From positions 113-64,112 of the forward strand of contig CAVBVU010000001.1 of assembly GCA_963598975.1 (NCBI GenBank): a stretch of DNA of 64,000 nt, in the 5' to 3' direction. Positions 19,859-29,770 of this stretch are shown piece by piece. Positions within the stretch are counted from its first letter, which is position 1. Every line of letters starts with the position of its first letter. The notes beneath the pieces are model-generated. The model made no database searches. It had not been told where the DNA came from and saw nothing but the letters and a program-made list of their open reading frames with translations. The position numbers and the translations under genes are program-made. Source of the stretch: Anaerovoracaceae bacterium. GTDB lineage: Bacteria; Actinomycetota; Actinomycetes; Actinomycetales; Bifidobacteriaceae.

Positions 19859-19943
19859 GGACAGATGTCTGAGCGGTCTAAAGAGACGGTCTTGAAAACC
19901 GTTGAAGGGCAACCTTCCGCGAGTTCGAATCTCGCTCTGTCCG
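19859..19943 (+). tRNA. tRNA-Ser(TGA)
   Basis: GGACAGATGTCTGAGCGG..ACGGTCT-TGA-AAACCGT, long variable arm, GTTCGAATC; CCA not encoded. Confidence 0.95.
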
Positions 19944-19949
19944 CATCTA

Positions 19950-19987
19950 GGGTTCCGGGTAACAGTTTTGCCTGGAACCCTTTTTTA
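19950..19987 (+). terminator. Intrinsic terminator after tRNA-Ser
   Basis: GGGTTCCGGG..CCTGGAACCC followed by T6. Confidence 0.85.
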
Positions 19988-20418
19988 TGCGAAAGCGTTG
20001 GGTTATAGGCCAAAATGCGTGTCTGAGGGAGTGGGCCATTCGGCGGCGTCCGGGTGCCGTGCGTTGGTATGGAATTCGTTTCAGACGATGCCGTACCGGT
20101 TGGGGACGTCGAACGTGCGATGGTCCGATTAAGTGGATAAGCGTATATGTCCGTGCGAGAAGTCGCATGGCCATATGCGACAAGGGACGCGTGGGCTGAC
20201 CGGATGGACCGCGTCCCGATTGCTGGGCCAAGGAAAATCGAATTCGAAAATCGGAGATGCGGGACCGAATCGCCTCCGGTTTCTTGGATATGGGAAATGG
20301 ATGATTTACGGGGGTGAAATCTGTCGCATCTGTATCAAACCTGTATAAACCTGTGCTATCCTGTACATAGTTGTTTAACGATGACAACGGAATCGTCCCA
20401 ATGTATCGGGAGTGTGCA

Positions 20419-21126
20419 ATGACCGCATATACAAGAACGGAATATCTGGGAAACGCGCTGGCCGCGCAAATCAAGGACGGAACGCTCAAGCCGGGCGAGA
20501 AGATCATGTCCGAAGCCCAGCTGGCCGAAGAATATCAGGTCTCGCGCGGAACCGTGCGCAGAGCCCTGGAAATGCTGAAAAGAGCCAATCTCATCGAAAC
20601 TCGGATGGGATCCGGCAGCTATGTGGCGTTCCATGGCGGCAATATGAACGGTTCCGACGGATGGACGTCGGCATCATTGCGTTCCGGCGTGCCGACCACG
20701 ACCGAACTGCTGTCGGTCTCGCTGGTGGAACGTCCTGAAATGCTCGACGACGAAAGCGGCTGCGGGATGTTCTACGAAATCGTACGCAGAAGACTGTTTC
20801 GTTCGGTACCGGTATCGTATGAAACCTCCTATCTGCCGGCCGTCGAGTCATTGCGCAACGTCATCGAACATGCGGAGGGATTGGTCAACGGTTCCGTGTC
20901 GCAGACCATGAAACAAGCGGGATTGGTCGCATCCTCCGGATATATGGACGTTTCCGCGGACCGTCTAGGCGCAGTCGTCGAGGCGCTTGGAAAAACCGAA
21001 AATTCGGTATTCCTGCTTTCCGAAAGACACAACTTCAACGAGGACGGCGAACTGGTCGAATACGTGCGCTCGTTCCTCGATCCAAGTCATTTCACGCTGC
21101 ATGTCGCCACGAGAGGAGAACGATGA
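20419..21126 (+). CDS. GntR (HutC/UTRA) family transcriptional regulator
   Basis: wHTH SEAQLAEEYQVSRGTVRRAL..GSGSYV; UTRA-like C-terminus; GGGAG RBS. Confidence 0.9.
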   Translation: MTAYTRTEYLGNALAAQIKDGTLKPGEKIMSEAQLAEEYQVSRGTVRRALEMLKRANLIETRMGSGSYVAFHGGNMNGSDGWTSASLRSGVPTTTELLSVSLVERPEMLDDESGCGMFYEIVRRRLFRSVPVSYETSYLPAVESLRNVIEHAEGLVNGSVSQTMKQAGLVASSGYMDVSADRLGAVVEALGKTENSVFLLSERHNFNEDGELVEYVRSFLDPSHFTLHVATRGER

Positions 21127-22145
21127 TGGCGGAAGAACGATTGCTGGACCGCGCCCGAGGCGCGATGATGGGTCTTGCGATAGGAGACGCGCTCGGCATG
21201 CCGACGCAGAGCATGTCTCCCGCGCAGATCACGCAATATTACGGCGGTCCGATCGACTCGTTGCGTGATGCGGTCGCACAACAGCCGATCGCGCCGAGCA
21301 TGAAGGCCGGTGCCATCACGGACGATACCGAACAGGCGTTCGTGCTGGCCGAACGACTGATCGCCGACGACGGCCGGATCGACAACGACGCCTACGCCAA
21401 GGATCTGCTGCGCTGGGAAGCGAAAATGAAGGCGAAGGGATCGCTGGATCTGCTCGGTCCCTCCACAAAAGCTGCTCTGCAAGCACTGACGGATGGCGTG
21501 GATCCGGAGGAGACGGGCAAATTCGGCACCACAAACGGCGGTGCGATGCGCGCCACTCCGGTCGGCATCGTGTTCCGTCCTGGAAAGGCGCTCGCCGATG
21601 CGGCATGGCAATCCTGCGTGGTGACGCATAACACGGTGCAGGGCATCGAAGCCACTACCTTGGTTGCCGCGGCCGTAAGTTACGCGATTGAGGGTGACGG
21701 GGATTTTCTGCGCAAGGCATTGGATTTCGTAAAGTCCATGCCGCGGCGGGGCAACTGGTCGGCGAAGGCGTCGGTGAGCGCGCGTGTTCAATGGTTCATG
21801 GACTGGAGTGAAGGGGAGGGAAGGTCGCTCTCCGATGAGGAATTCGCCCAGGTGCTGCGCAGCGATTGCGGAACCAGCGTGGAATCCAACGAATCCGTGA
21901 CGGCCGCCTTCAGCGTCGCGAGTCGATTCTTCGACGACCCCACGAAAGCATTGTGTTTCGCGGCTTCCTTGGGTGGTGATACCGACACCATTGCGGCTAT
22001 GACCGGCGCGATGCTTGGTGCGTGGCATGGGTCGAACGGTTTCGATGGGGGGGTCGCGAATCAGGTGGTGCGTCAGATGAAGGACGACAACCAGCTTGAC
22101 GTGGATCGAACCGTGGCCGAGCTGTGCGGAATGCGCCGGAATTGA
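21123..22145 (+). CDS. ADP-ribosylglycohydrolase family protein
   Basis: GDALG, TDDT, NGGAMR, GGDTDT motifs; ATGA overlap with the GntR gene. Confidence 0.92.
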   Translation: MMAEERLLDRARGAMMGLAIGDALGMPTQSMSPAQITQYYGGPIDSLRDAVAQQPIAPSMKAGAITDDTEQAFVLAERLIADDGRIDNDAYAKDLLRWEAKMKAKGSLDLLGPSTKAALQALTDGVDPEETGKFGTTNGGAMRATPVGIVFRPGKALADAAWQSCVVTHNTVQGIEATTLVAAAVSYAIEGDGDFLRKALDFVKSMPRRGNWSAKASVSARVQWFMDWSEGEGRSLSDEEFAQVLRSDCGTSVESNESVTAAFSVASRFFDDPTKALCFAASLGGDTDTIAAMTGAMLGAWHGSNGFDGGVANQVVRQMKDDNQLDVDRTVAELCGMRRN

Positions 22146-22159
22146 TTGCGGGTGGTCGT

Positions 22160-23113
22160 ATGGAACGGCAACGTGAAGGCAAGGTCATTTCGCTCGGCCA
22201 GGTAATAGTCGATTTGACCATGAAGGTGCCTCAGGTGCCGCAGGCCGGGCAGGATGTGTTCGCCGACGATGTCGAAACTGCCGTCGGGGCGAGCTTCAAC
22301 ATGCTGCATGCGGTGCGGCAGATGGGAATCGAAGCCGATCATGCCGGCGTTCTCGGGAGCGGTCCGTGGGCGGATATGATCCGAAAGGCGTTCGCCGCGG
22401 ATGGCGTGCGTCATATCGGCAAATGCGACGCGAATCGCGATTCCGGATTTTGCGTGGCGTTGACGGACGATGACGCCGAACGTACGTTCATTTCGACGAG
22501 GGGTGCGGAAGCGTTCGGCGACGTCGATGCGTTCGCCGATATCCGTCCGAACGATGGCGACGTGGTGCACGTCAGCGGTTACACACTGGCTCACAAGACC
22601 GGTTCTGCTTTGCTGAAATTCCTTGAGAAGACCGCGGAAAACCGCCGTTTTACAGTTTTGTTCGACCCTTCTCCGGTGATCGGGCAGATCGATGACGATG
22701 TTTTCGGAACGTTGGCGGAATATCGTCCGATATGGTCGTGCAACGAACGTGAGTCGATGCTTATGGCGCAGCGTCTCGGTTTGACGGTTCCTGATGGCGA
22801 TTTCCGTACTTTGGCCGCGATGATGGCCGATGTCTTGCGTTCGACATTGGTTATGCGTGTCGGCGGCGACGGCGCCTGGCTGGCCGAATCGGGCCGCGAA
22901 CCCGAGTTGATCGTCGGATATCCGGTTCATGCGATCGACACCAATGGTGCCGGCGATTGCCATGCGGGCGTGTTGTGCGCCGAATTGAGCAGGGGAGTCG
23001 CGCTTGGGGATGCGATTCGTTTCGCCAATGTGGCCGCGGCCATTGCGGTGACGAGACGAGGTCCGGCGACATGCCCTACGCGGAAGGAGGTCGAACAGCT
23101 TCTTTCCGTATGA
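22160..23113 (+). CDS. PfkB family carbohydrate/nucleoside kinase
   Basis: ERTFI, FDPSP, CNERE, DTNGAGDCH. Confidence 0.92.
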   Translation: MERQREGKVISLGQVIVDLTMKVPQVPQAGQDVFADDVETAVGASFNMLHAVRQMGIEADHAGVLGSGPWADMIRKAFAADGVRHIGKCDANRDSGFCVALTDDDAERTFISTRGAEAFGDVDAFADIRPNDGDVVHVSGYTLAHKTGSALLKFLEKTAENRRFTVLFDPSPVIGQIDDDVFGTLAEYRPIWSCNERESMLMAQRLGLTVPDGDFRTLAAMMADVLRSTLVMRVGGDGAWLAESGREPELIVGYPVHAIDTNGAGDCHAGVLCAELSRGVALGDAIRFANVAAAIAVTRRGPATCPTRKEVEQLLSV

Positions 23114-23244
23114 TTTCCAACGGAACATAGTTTTAGTCTTAATGACTATAAGTTGAGTTATGATGTGCACGCCGCGGTCGAGGGATCGGAAAAACAGCGC
23201 GGCCGTGCACTGAAACCAGTGCAATGAAGCAAGGGAGAACTTAT

Positions 23245-24705
23245 ATGAGCAAGGAAAAGAATGCCCTGAGCGTCGAGGAACAGGGCATAGACACCATCTC
23301 CGAAAGCGAACGCAAAGGCACGCCGTCAAGTCTGTTCTGGCCGTGGTTCGCGGCGAACATCTCCATGTTCGCTATGTCGTATGGCGCATGGGCCCTGGGA
23401 TTCGGCATTTCCTTCTGGCAGGCGACGGCCATGACCATCATAGGCGTGGTCGTCTCGTTCCTGCTTGTGGGAATCATCTCGATCGCAGGCAAGCGAGGCA
23501 ACGCGCCGACCATGGTGCTCACCCGCGCCACCTTCGGCGTCGAAGGCGCAAAGGTTCCGGCCGCGTTGAGCTGGATCGCCACGCTGGGCTGGGAAATTTC
23601 ACTGACCACCACCGCGGTGCTCGCCATGTCGTCCACCATCGAAAAACTCGGACTGGGATCAGGCGCCGCACCCAAGATCATCTCCACCTTCATCGTGGTC
23701 GGACTGGTGGTCGTGGCCGGCATCTTCGGATACGACCTGATCATGCGCTGCCAGCAGGTCATCACCGTCGTGACCGGTGTGATCACCGTCGGTTTCTTCA
23801 TTCTAGGCTTCGGCCATATCGACTTCTCCGCCATCGGGCAGATCCAGTCCGGCAGTCTGCCGGCCATGCTCGGATGCTGCTTCTTCGTCATGACCGGCTT
23901 CGGCCTGGGCTGGGTGAACATCGCAGCCGATTATTCCCGCTACCTGCCGCGTAAGTCGTCGAACGGCGGCATCGTGTTCTGGACCACGTTCGGCGCGTCG
24001 ATCGCCAACGTGTTCCTCATCTTCTACGGTCTGCTGCTGGCCGCGTCCAATGCCGATCTCGCGGAAAACGTGGGCAACGACCCGATCGGCGCGATCGCGT
24101 CCATCCTGCCGACCTGGTATCTCATTCCATACACCCTCGTGGCGGTGCTCGGCCTCATGTCCGGCGCCATCATGGACAACTATTCCAACGGCCTGGCCCT
24201 GCTGAGCTTCGGCGTGAAGCTTCCGCGCACCATCGCGGCCGCACTCACCGCGGCGCTCACCGTGCTCGGTGTGGTCTACGTCACCTTCTTCTCCGACACA
24301 TTCATCGGCCCGTTCCAAGGATTCCTCACCACGCTCGGCGTGCCGATGGCCGTATGGGCCGGCATGTTCGTGGCCGATGTGATCATGCGCAAGAAGGATT
24401 ACAGCACCGCCGACCTGTACGATCCGAACGGACGCTACGGCACGTGGAACGTCAAGTCGTTCGTGATCCTCGCCGTGGGCACGCTGCTCGGCTGGGGACT
24501 CGTGGTCAACACCGCGGCCACATGGCTCACCTGGCAGGGGTATCTGCTCGGTCTGATCGGCGGCAAGGACGGTAGCTGGGCATCCGCCAATCTTGGCGTG
24601 ATCGTGGCTCTGATCGTTGGTTTGGCGGGCGCGCTCATCTTTCAGCGTGCCGACATCGCCAAGCAGGAGGCCGATCTGCCGAACAGCGAAGTCGCAGTCG
24701 AATAA
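23245..24705 (+). CDS. Purine-cytosine permease (NCS1 family)
   Basis: WFAAN, RATFG, ADYSRYLP, about 12 hydrophobic segments. Confidence 0.9.
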   Translation: MSKEKNALSVEEQGIDTISESERKGTPSSLFWPWFAANISMFAMSYGAWALGFGISFWQATAMTIIGVVVSFLLVGIISIAGKRGNAPTMVLTRATFGVEGAKVPAALSWIATLGWEISLTTTAVLAMSSTIEKLGLGSGAAPKIISTFIVVGLVVVAGIFGYDLIMRCQQVITVVTGVITVGFFILGFGHIDFSAIGQIQSGSLPAMLGCCFFVMTGFGLGWVNIAADYSRYLPRKSSNGGIVFWTTFGASIANVFLIFYGLLLAASNADLAENVGNDPIGAIASILPTWYLIPYTLVAVLGLMSGAIMDNYSNGLALLSFGVKLPRTIAAALTAALTVLGVVYVTFFSDTFIGPFQGFLTTLGVPMAVWAGMFVADVIMRKKDYSTADLYDPNGRYGTWNVKSFVILAVGTLLGWGLVVNTAATWLTWQGYLLGLIGGKDGSWASANLGVIVALIVGLAGALIFQRADIAKQEADLPNSEVAVE

Positions 24706-24784
24706 GTACGTGCCCTGCACGTGATTTGACGGAAATTCAAGGAGGATTCCGTCGGAAACCTTACGAAAATCATGGAAAGGAACG

Positions 24785-25348
24785 ATGATGATTGCCGAAG
24801 ATGAATGGCTGGTCGTGATCGACCGTCAGAAAGTGTTCGCACAGAGTGAGTGGTCCACCTGGGCTTGCGCGGACGGCACCTATTACAACACCGACGAATC
24901 GTTCAAACGATTGGCGGAGGCGTTCGGCGACCGTGTGGTTTACACGCGTTACGTCGCGCCGGAACCGCCGAAGGACGCGTGGGTCGAATATTTCAAGGAC
25001 TGGCCGCAGTTCCTGGTGGCCAACGACGACCCGATGTACGACTTCACGGATGAGACCGCGGTCCTTGCCGAAGGTCACCCCGTGGTCAACCGCGATACGT
25101 TCGGCAAATGGGGCGCGGAACTTGTCGATGCGATCCAGGGCGCGAAGAAGATCGTGGTGTGCGGCGTGGCCACGGATTGCTGCGTGCTCACCACCGTGCT
25201 GGCGGCCGCGGACAGCGGTGTGGCGGTGCGCGTGCCCGCCGACGCCTGCGCCGGAAGCACTCCGGAGAACCAGGAACTGGCGCTGAATACGATGCGTCTG
25301 TTCGAGCCGCTGGTCATGGTCACCGATACTGACACGATTCTGAACTAG
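24785..25348 (+). CDS. Isochorismatase-family cysteine hydrolase
   Basis: LVVIDRQ, GVATDCCV, DACAG. Confidence 0.88.
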   Translation: MMIAEDEWLVVIDRQKVFAQSEWSTWACADGTYYNTDESFKRLAEAFGDRVVYTRYVAPEPPKDAWVEYFKDWPQFLVANDDPMYDFTDETAVLAEGHPVVNRDTFGKWGAELVDAIQGAKKIVVCGVATDCCVLTTVLAAADSGVAVRVPADACAGSTPENQELALNTMRLFEPLVMVTDTDTILN

Positions 25349-25563
25349 CCGGAATCGGCCGGAATTTCAAAGCCATCTATCCGCTGTTTGCAAAGGCGGC
25401 ATGCGATTCGCCTGCCATGCTTGCAGCGGATGGATGGCTTTTCGCATTGCGGCAACGGTATTTTGCCAGGCAGTGCCTCCGTTGCTTTATAGGACGTTGG
25501 GACGGCGAGGTAGATGGGATGGGCGAATCGGGAGGATTCGTTGCGTGGCTGTTCGGGACCGCT

Positions 25564-26244
25564 TCAGACGATGCGTCGGTCAGCGGCCCAGCGGGTGAGT
25601 TCCGTACGATTCGAAAGCTGAAGTTTGCGCAGCACGGAGCTCACATGCGTCTCCACGGTTTTGATGGAGATGAACAGCTCGGCCGCCACCTCCTTGTACG
25701 TGTATCCGCGTGCGATCAGCCGCATGACCTCCTGTTCGCGGTTCGAAAGCCGGTCCAGTTCGTCATCGTGAACTGATCCGTCCGCGCCAACCGTGCCCGA
25801 AGGCGCGTTCTGGAAGGTGGACAGCACGAATCCCGCCAGCTTCGGCGAGAACACGGCATAACCTTCATGAACCTGTTTGATGGATGAGATCAGGTCGTCA
25901 CCGGAAATCGTTTTGGTCACATATCCTTGCGCGCCGGCGCGAATCACCGAACCGACATCCTGCGGCGAATCCGACACCGACAACGCCAGGAACACCGTAT
26001 TGGGGGAGTAGGCGCGGGAGCGGATGAGGATTTCCGCGCCGCCACCGCCTTCGCCTCCCGGCACGTGCACGTCCAGCAGCACCACATCGGGCTTGGTTTG
26101 CGCGATCATGGCCACCGCCCCCTCCACATCCGGCGCCTGCCCGACGATGTTGAAATGCGGTTGCAAAGTGGCGATTACGCCCGCGCGGAACATCTCATGG
26201 TCGTCAACCACGGCGATGCGGATCGGCTGCGACTGCTCGTTCAT
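25564..26244 (-). CDS. LuxR/NarL family response regulator
   Basis: VVDDH, LLDVH receiver domain; LSNREQEV..KTVETHVSSVLRKL HTH. Confidence 0.95.
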   Translation of the reverse strand: MNEQSQPIRIAVVDDHEMFRAGVIATLQPHFNIVGQAPDVEGAVAMIAQTKPDVVLLDVHVPGGEGGGGAEILIRSRAYSPNTVFLALSVSDSPQDVGSVIRAGAQGYVTKTISGDDLISSIKQVHEGYAVFSPKLAGFVLSTFQNAPSGTVGADGSVHDDELDRLSNREQEVMRLIARGYTYKEVAAELFISIKTVETHVSSVLRKLQLSNRTELTRWAADRRIV

Positions 26245-27725
26245 TGCTGCTCCCTGGCTTGGCTTGCGTTCGATTCGTTAGTTTTGGCGCGTTTTGCGGA
26301 TATCGGCATGTGCATGCGCACTTCCGTGCCCCATTTCGGCCTCGACACAATCTCCACTGTACCGCCGCGACGTTTGACGCGCCCGATGATCGACTCGCGA
26401 ATGCCAAGTCGGTTGGGTGGGATCGATTCGATGTCGAAGCCTTCTCCATGGTCGCGCACAAATACTTCGACCAGACTGTCGCTCGCCTCGCAATATACGG
26501 AAATGGGTTCGCTTCCGTGCGTTACGGCATTCACAAGCGCCTGCTGCGTGGCGTCGAGCAGCGCATCGGTCTGGGCGCTCGGCTTGGCGTCGCCCACCGT
26601 CACCACTTCGATCGACTTGCCATGCGAATCCTCGATCTGCGCGGCGATGTCCTTCAACCCGGCGCTTACGGAACGGTCCGAAGTGGTGCGTTCCTGATAC
26701 AGCCATTCACGAAGCTCGCGTTCCTGCGACCTCGCCAGCGCGAATACGGTCTGCTGGTCGTCGGCATGCAATTGAATCAGCGCAAGCGTCTGCAGAACAC
26801 CATCATGCAGATGCGCGGTCATGTCGGCGCGTTCCTCCTCACGCTCCTTCAACGCGCGTTCGGTGCCCAGATCGCGGATCAGCGCCACGATCCACGGCAC
26901 AATCGCGAAAATCCCGCCTACCAGTAGCGCGAATCCAGCCAAGATGAACGTCATTGTGGAATGTTCGACTCCTGAACGGGGATGCAGCACGGAACCTATG
27001 TACATTGCATAGCTGGCGAAAATTATCGCGATTCCGCCGATCATCGTCCAAAGCTGGCCGTCTCTGGCGTTGTAGCGCAGCCAGGAAACCCCAACGCCGG
27101 TCACGCCGATCAGCAACGGACAGATGAGCGCGGGGCTGATGCCGCTGGAGAGCATCAGACAGGCGGCGGCGAACAATACGATGCCGGCCATCGCCAGAAG
27201 CGCCGGTTTCGGCGCGGTTTTGAGTACATGCCCCAGACTCTCGCCATTGGCATATGACTCGTTTTCCATTGCGAAGGCGGTTCCCTGCGATTGCGGGGCT
27301 TCGCCCATTCCGTATGCTTCATACGTTCCGTACGCTCCATGGGCTCCGTACGGCGCGTTGCCTTTGGCGAGCGGCGATTGCGATGCCGGCTGTTGATTCG
27401 CCAGAGCATACGCCTGCCACACCGGATTTCCCACCGGAACGATCAGCCATAGGAAGATGTAGGCGATCAGTCCGGCGCCGAACATGAACGACGATGCCGC
27501 GAACAGCAGGCGAATCAGTACCACGGAAACGCCCAGGTGCATGCTGATGCCCTTGCACACGCCCGCGAACCAGCGCCCGTATTGGGGTCTTGACAACGGA
27601 AGACGTGCCATTCTGATCGGCATCGGCTCATTGGAGGCAAGGCGATTCATGCAATATTGGAAATATTGCGCGCTCGCCAGGTCGTACTCCTGCTGCGTGT
27701 ATACGGGTTTTCCATAGGACTTCAT
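26241..27725 (-). CDS. PspC-domain sensor histidine kinase
   Basis: RWFAGVCKGI PspC domain, TMs, AHLHDGVLQTL H-box, NAVTH, VRDHGEGF. Confidence 0.92.
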   Translation of the reverse strand: MKSYGKPVYTQQEYDLASAQYFQYCMNRLASNEPMPIRMARLPLSRPQYGRWFAGVCKGISMHLGVSVVLIRLLFAASSFMFGAGLIAYIFLWLIVPVGNPVWQAYALANQQPASQSPLAKGNAPYGAHGAYGTYEAYGMGEAPQSQGTAFAMENESYANGESLGHVLKTAPKPALLAMAGIVLFAAACLMLSSGISPALICPLLIGVTGVGVSWLRYNARDGQLWTMIGGIAIIFASYAMYIGSVLHPRSGVEHSTMTFILAGFALLVGGIFAIVPWIVALIRDLGTERALKEREEERADMTAHLHDGVLQTLALIQLHADDQQTVFALARSQERELREWLYQERTTSDRSVSAGLKDIAAQIEDSHGKSIEVVTVGDAKPSAQTDALLDATQQALVNAVTHGSEPISVYCEASDSLVEVFVRDHGEGFDIESIPPNRLGIRESIIGRVKRRGGTVEIVSRPKWGTEVRMHMPISAKRAKTNESNASQAREQQ

Positions 27726-27776
27726 GCTTCCATTGTGCCTTCTCGGGGACGTCTTATCAGTGTATGAAAGCAGTGT

Positions 27777-27803
27777 TCAGGGCAGATTCAGGGTGTTCCC
27801 CGA
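27777..27803. promoter_or_regulatory. Candidate response-regulator binding site
   Basis: TCAGGG repeated at 27777 and 27788, then inverted CCCCGA, between divergent PspC genes. Confidence 0.5.
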
Positions 27804-27838
27804 TACGGTTGGCGACTTCGCGTTGCTGTAATGGAACC

Positions 27839-29215
27839 ATGAGCAATGCAAATTTTGATTCGAAGATTCCGCAGTCGGATGCGCCGCAGCAGACCGGCTC
27901 GGTGCGGGCCGGTACTGTCCAGAATGGTACTGCGCAGAATGGTGCGTCGCAATCCTGTCAGGGAAGCCAACAGAGGTTCTACGGGACGCAAGATGTTCCG
28001 CGGCAGCCGATGATGCAGCAGTCGCAGGCGCAGCAAGGGCCGAACGCTTCCGAACGGTTCTTTGCGTGGGTGCGCGGCAGTCAGATCCGTCGCGGGCGAG
28101 ACCGTTGGATCGGCGGCGTATGTGACGGATTGGCCCGGCGCCTGGGCTGGAACGTGGCGCTGGTGAGGGCGTTGATGATCCTTTCGACCTTCTTCTTCGG
28201 CGCAGGCGCGGCTTTTTACGGAATGGCCTGGTTCCTGCTGCCGGATGCGATCGATGGCCGGATTCTTTCCGAGGAGCTGATCCGTGGAAATTGGGATTGG
28301 AACTGCCTGGGCGTGTTCCTGTTCATGGCGGTGGCCATCTGTCTTCCGGGCGCAGGATGGGTGGCGTTCGCCTTGTCGGCGCTGGTGTTGTGGCTCATCC
28401 TCAACAGGCAGACCTATATGCCGACCCAGCAGTGGAATGTGTACGGGCAGCAAAATCCGTACGGAATGCAGGGTCAGCCTATGACCTCCGCAAATGGTCA
28501 GATGCCGCGTACTTCGGCATTCTGGCAGGGCGTGCCTCAGGGGTCGCAACCATGGGCGAACATGCCATCAATGGGTGCGTCCGCATACAGGCAGCCACAG
28601 GCCGGTCCGGCGCAAACGGTTCCGCAGGCGCGCGTCAATGTGACTCCTCCTCCGGCGGCGTTCGCGACGGCCAGCGTTCCACCCACGTACACCGCTCAGC
28701 CGATGGGCACAATGCCTGCACAGCCCCGATACGGCCGTCGCAAGTCGGGCGGGCCGATCGTAGTGCTCGTCACATTGGGCGTGTTGCTGTTCTCCTTGGC
28801 ATTGGTCATGTTCTTCGGAATCGGAGGAAGCGACATGAGTGTCAGAGGGCTTCAGGAATTCACTCTGTGGGGCGGCGGTGCATGCGTCGTGCTTGGACTG
28901 CTGATCGTGGTGCTCGGCTGCATGGGGAAGCGTGCCGGTGGACTGCATGCGATCGTATGGCCGATGGTATGCGTGGTGATGCTTTCGTCCTTGGGGTACA
29001 TGGCCAACTCCTATTACGAGTATGGGAATGAGCCGGCCCTCTCATCGTATGAATATGCGGAATACGGTCAGGCGACTGAACGTGATATGCCGACTCCGGT
29101 CAAGCCGTCAGATAAATCCATCTCCAGCGATACGCCTTCCTCTGGCGATACATCCTCGCCTATGAAAAACACCGATCAACAAGCGCGTCGTGACGCCGAT
29201 TCGACGAACAACTGA
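27839..29215 (+). CDS. PspC-domain membrane protein
   Basis: RWIGGVCDGLARRLG PspC domain, Q/P-rich linkers, TMs. Confidence 0.88.
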   Translation: MSNANFDSKIPQSDAPQQTGSVRAGTVQNGTAQNGASQSCQGSQQRFYGTQDVPRQPMMQQSQAQQGPNASERFFAWVRGSQIRRGRDRWIGGVCDGLARRLGWNVALVRALMILSTFFFGAGAAFYGMAWFLLPDAIDGRILSEELIRGNWDWNCLGVFLFMAVAICLPGAGWVAFALSALVLWLILNRQTYMPTQQWNVYGQQNPYGMQGQPMTSANGQMPRTSAFWQGVPQGSQPWANMPSMGASAYRQPQAGPAQTVPQARVNVTPPPAAFATASVPPTYTAQPMGTMPAQPRYGRRKSGGPIVVLVTLGVLLFSLALVMFFGIGGSDMSVRGLQEFTLWGGGACVVLGLLIVVLGCMGKRAGGLHAIVWPMVCVVMLSSLGYMANSYYEYGNEPALSSYEYAEYGQATERDMPTPVKPSDKSISSDTPSSGDTSSPMKNTDQQARRDADSTNN

Positions 29216-29226
29216 AAGGGAACGCC

Positions 29227-29616
29227 ATGAATGACGATAAGACTACGGTATTGCCGAACGAGCGGCAGTATGGTGACGATTCGATAATTCGTCCGTCCGG
29301 CCCGTCCGGAGCGACCATAGGCTTGGGTGTCGTGATCGCGATTTTCGGCGCGATGGTGCTGCTGTTTTCGATCGACGATGTGCTGAACGCCATGTGGAAG
29401 ACGCTTTTCGACGAGTCCGGTTTGGGTGGAGTCATATTGATCGGCGGTTCCGGGGTGATACTGATCGTTGCGGCCGTGGTATGGTCGCTGGTCAAGTTCA
29501 TGAAGGACCGGAAGGACGACGAATATACGGACATGGACGATGCCGACGATTTCCCCGGTTCAACAGAGAAGACCGAGGAAATCAGGACCGCTGATATCAA
29601 CGATTTTGAGAAGTAG
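29227..29616 (+). CDS. Small two-TM membrane protein
   Basis: GAAAGGG RBS; two hydrophobic helices; follows the PspC gene. Confidence 0.75.
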   Translation: MNDDKTTVLPNERQYGDDSIIRPSGPSGATIGLGVVIAIFGAMVLLFSIDDVLNAMWKTLFDESGLGGVILIGGSGVILIVAAVVWSLVKFMKDRKDDEYTDMDDADDFPGSTEKTEEIRTADINDFEK

Positions 29617-29691
29617 CAGGTAAGGTGGGGCGCCGGGTGGATATGCAAGACAGATAAGCCCGGCAAACCGAAAAGCGGGGAATCCGCCGAA

Positions 29692-29741
29692 AAAGTTTTC
29701 CACGTTTCCACATGTGCATATGTGGAAACGTGGAAAACTTT
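29692..29741. terminator. 22-bp-arm palindrome between convergent genes
   Basis: AAAGTTTTCCACGTTTCCACAT-GTGCAT-ATGTGGAAACGTGGAAAACTTT. Confidence 0.7.
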
Positions 29742-29770
29742 CGATTGGAGATCGGCTGAAAAGACGAAAA

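Noticed and set aside
19187..19912. 241-aa ORF with 21-aa repeats, and similar ORFs over 33518-33900 and 38282-38772
   Set aside because: These are by-products of a 63-bp period being open in several frames; this one overlaps a tRNA and serS antisense, and conservation follows the DNA palindrome. Translation is not formally excluded.
19944..25560. Integrative island at tRNA-Ser(TGA)
   Set aside because: No integrase and no duplicated tRNA 3' end seen at the far side of the cluster.
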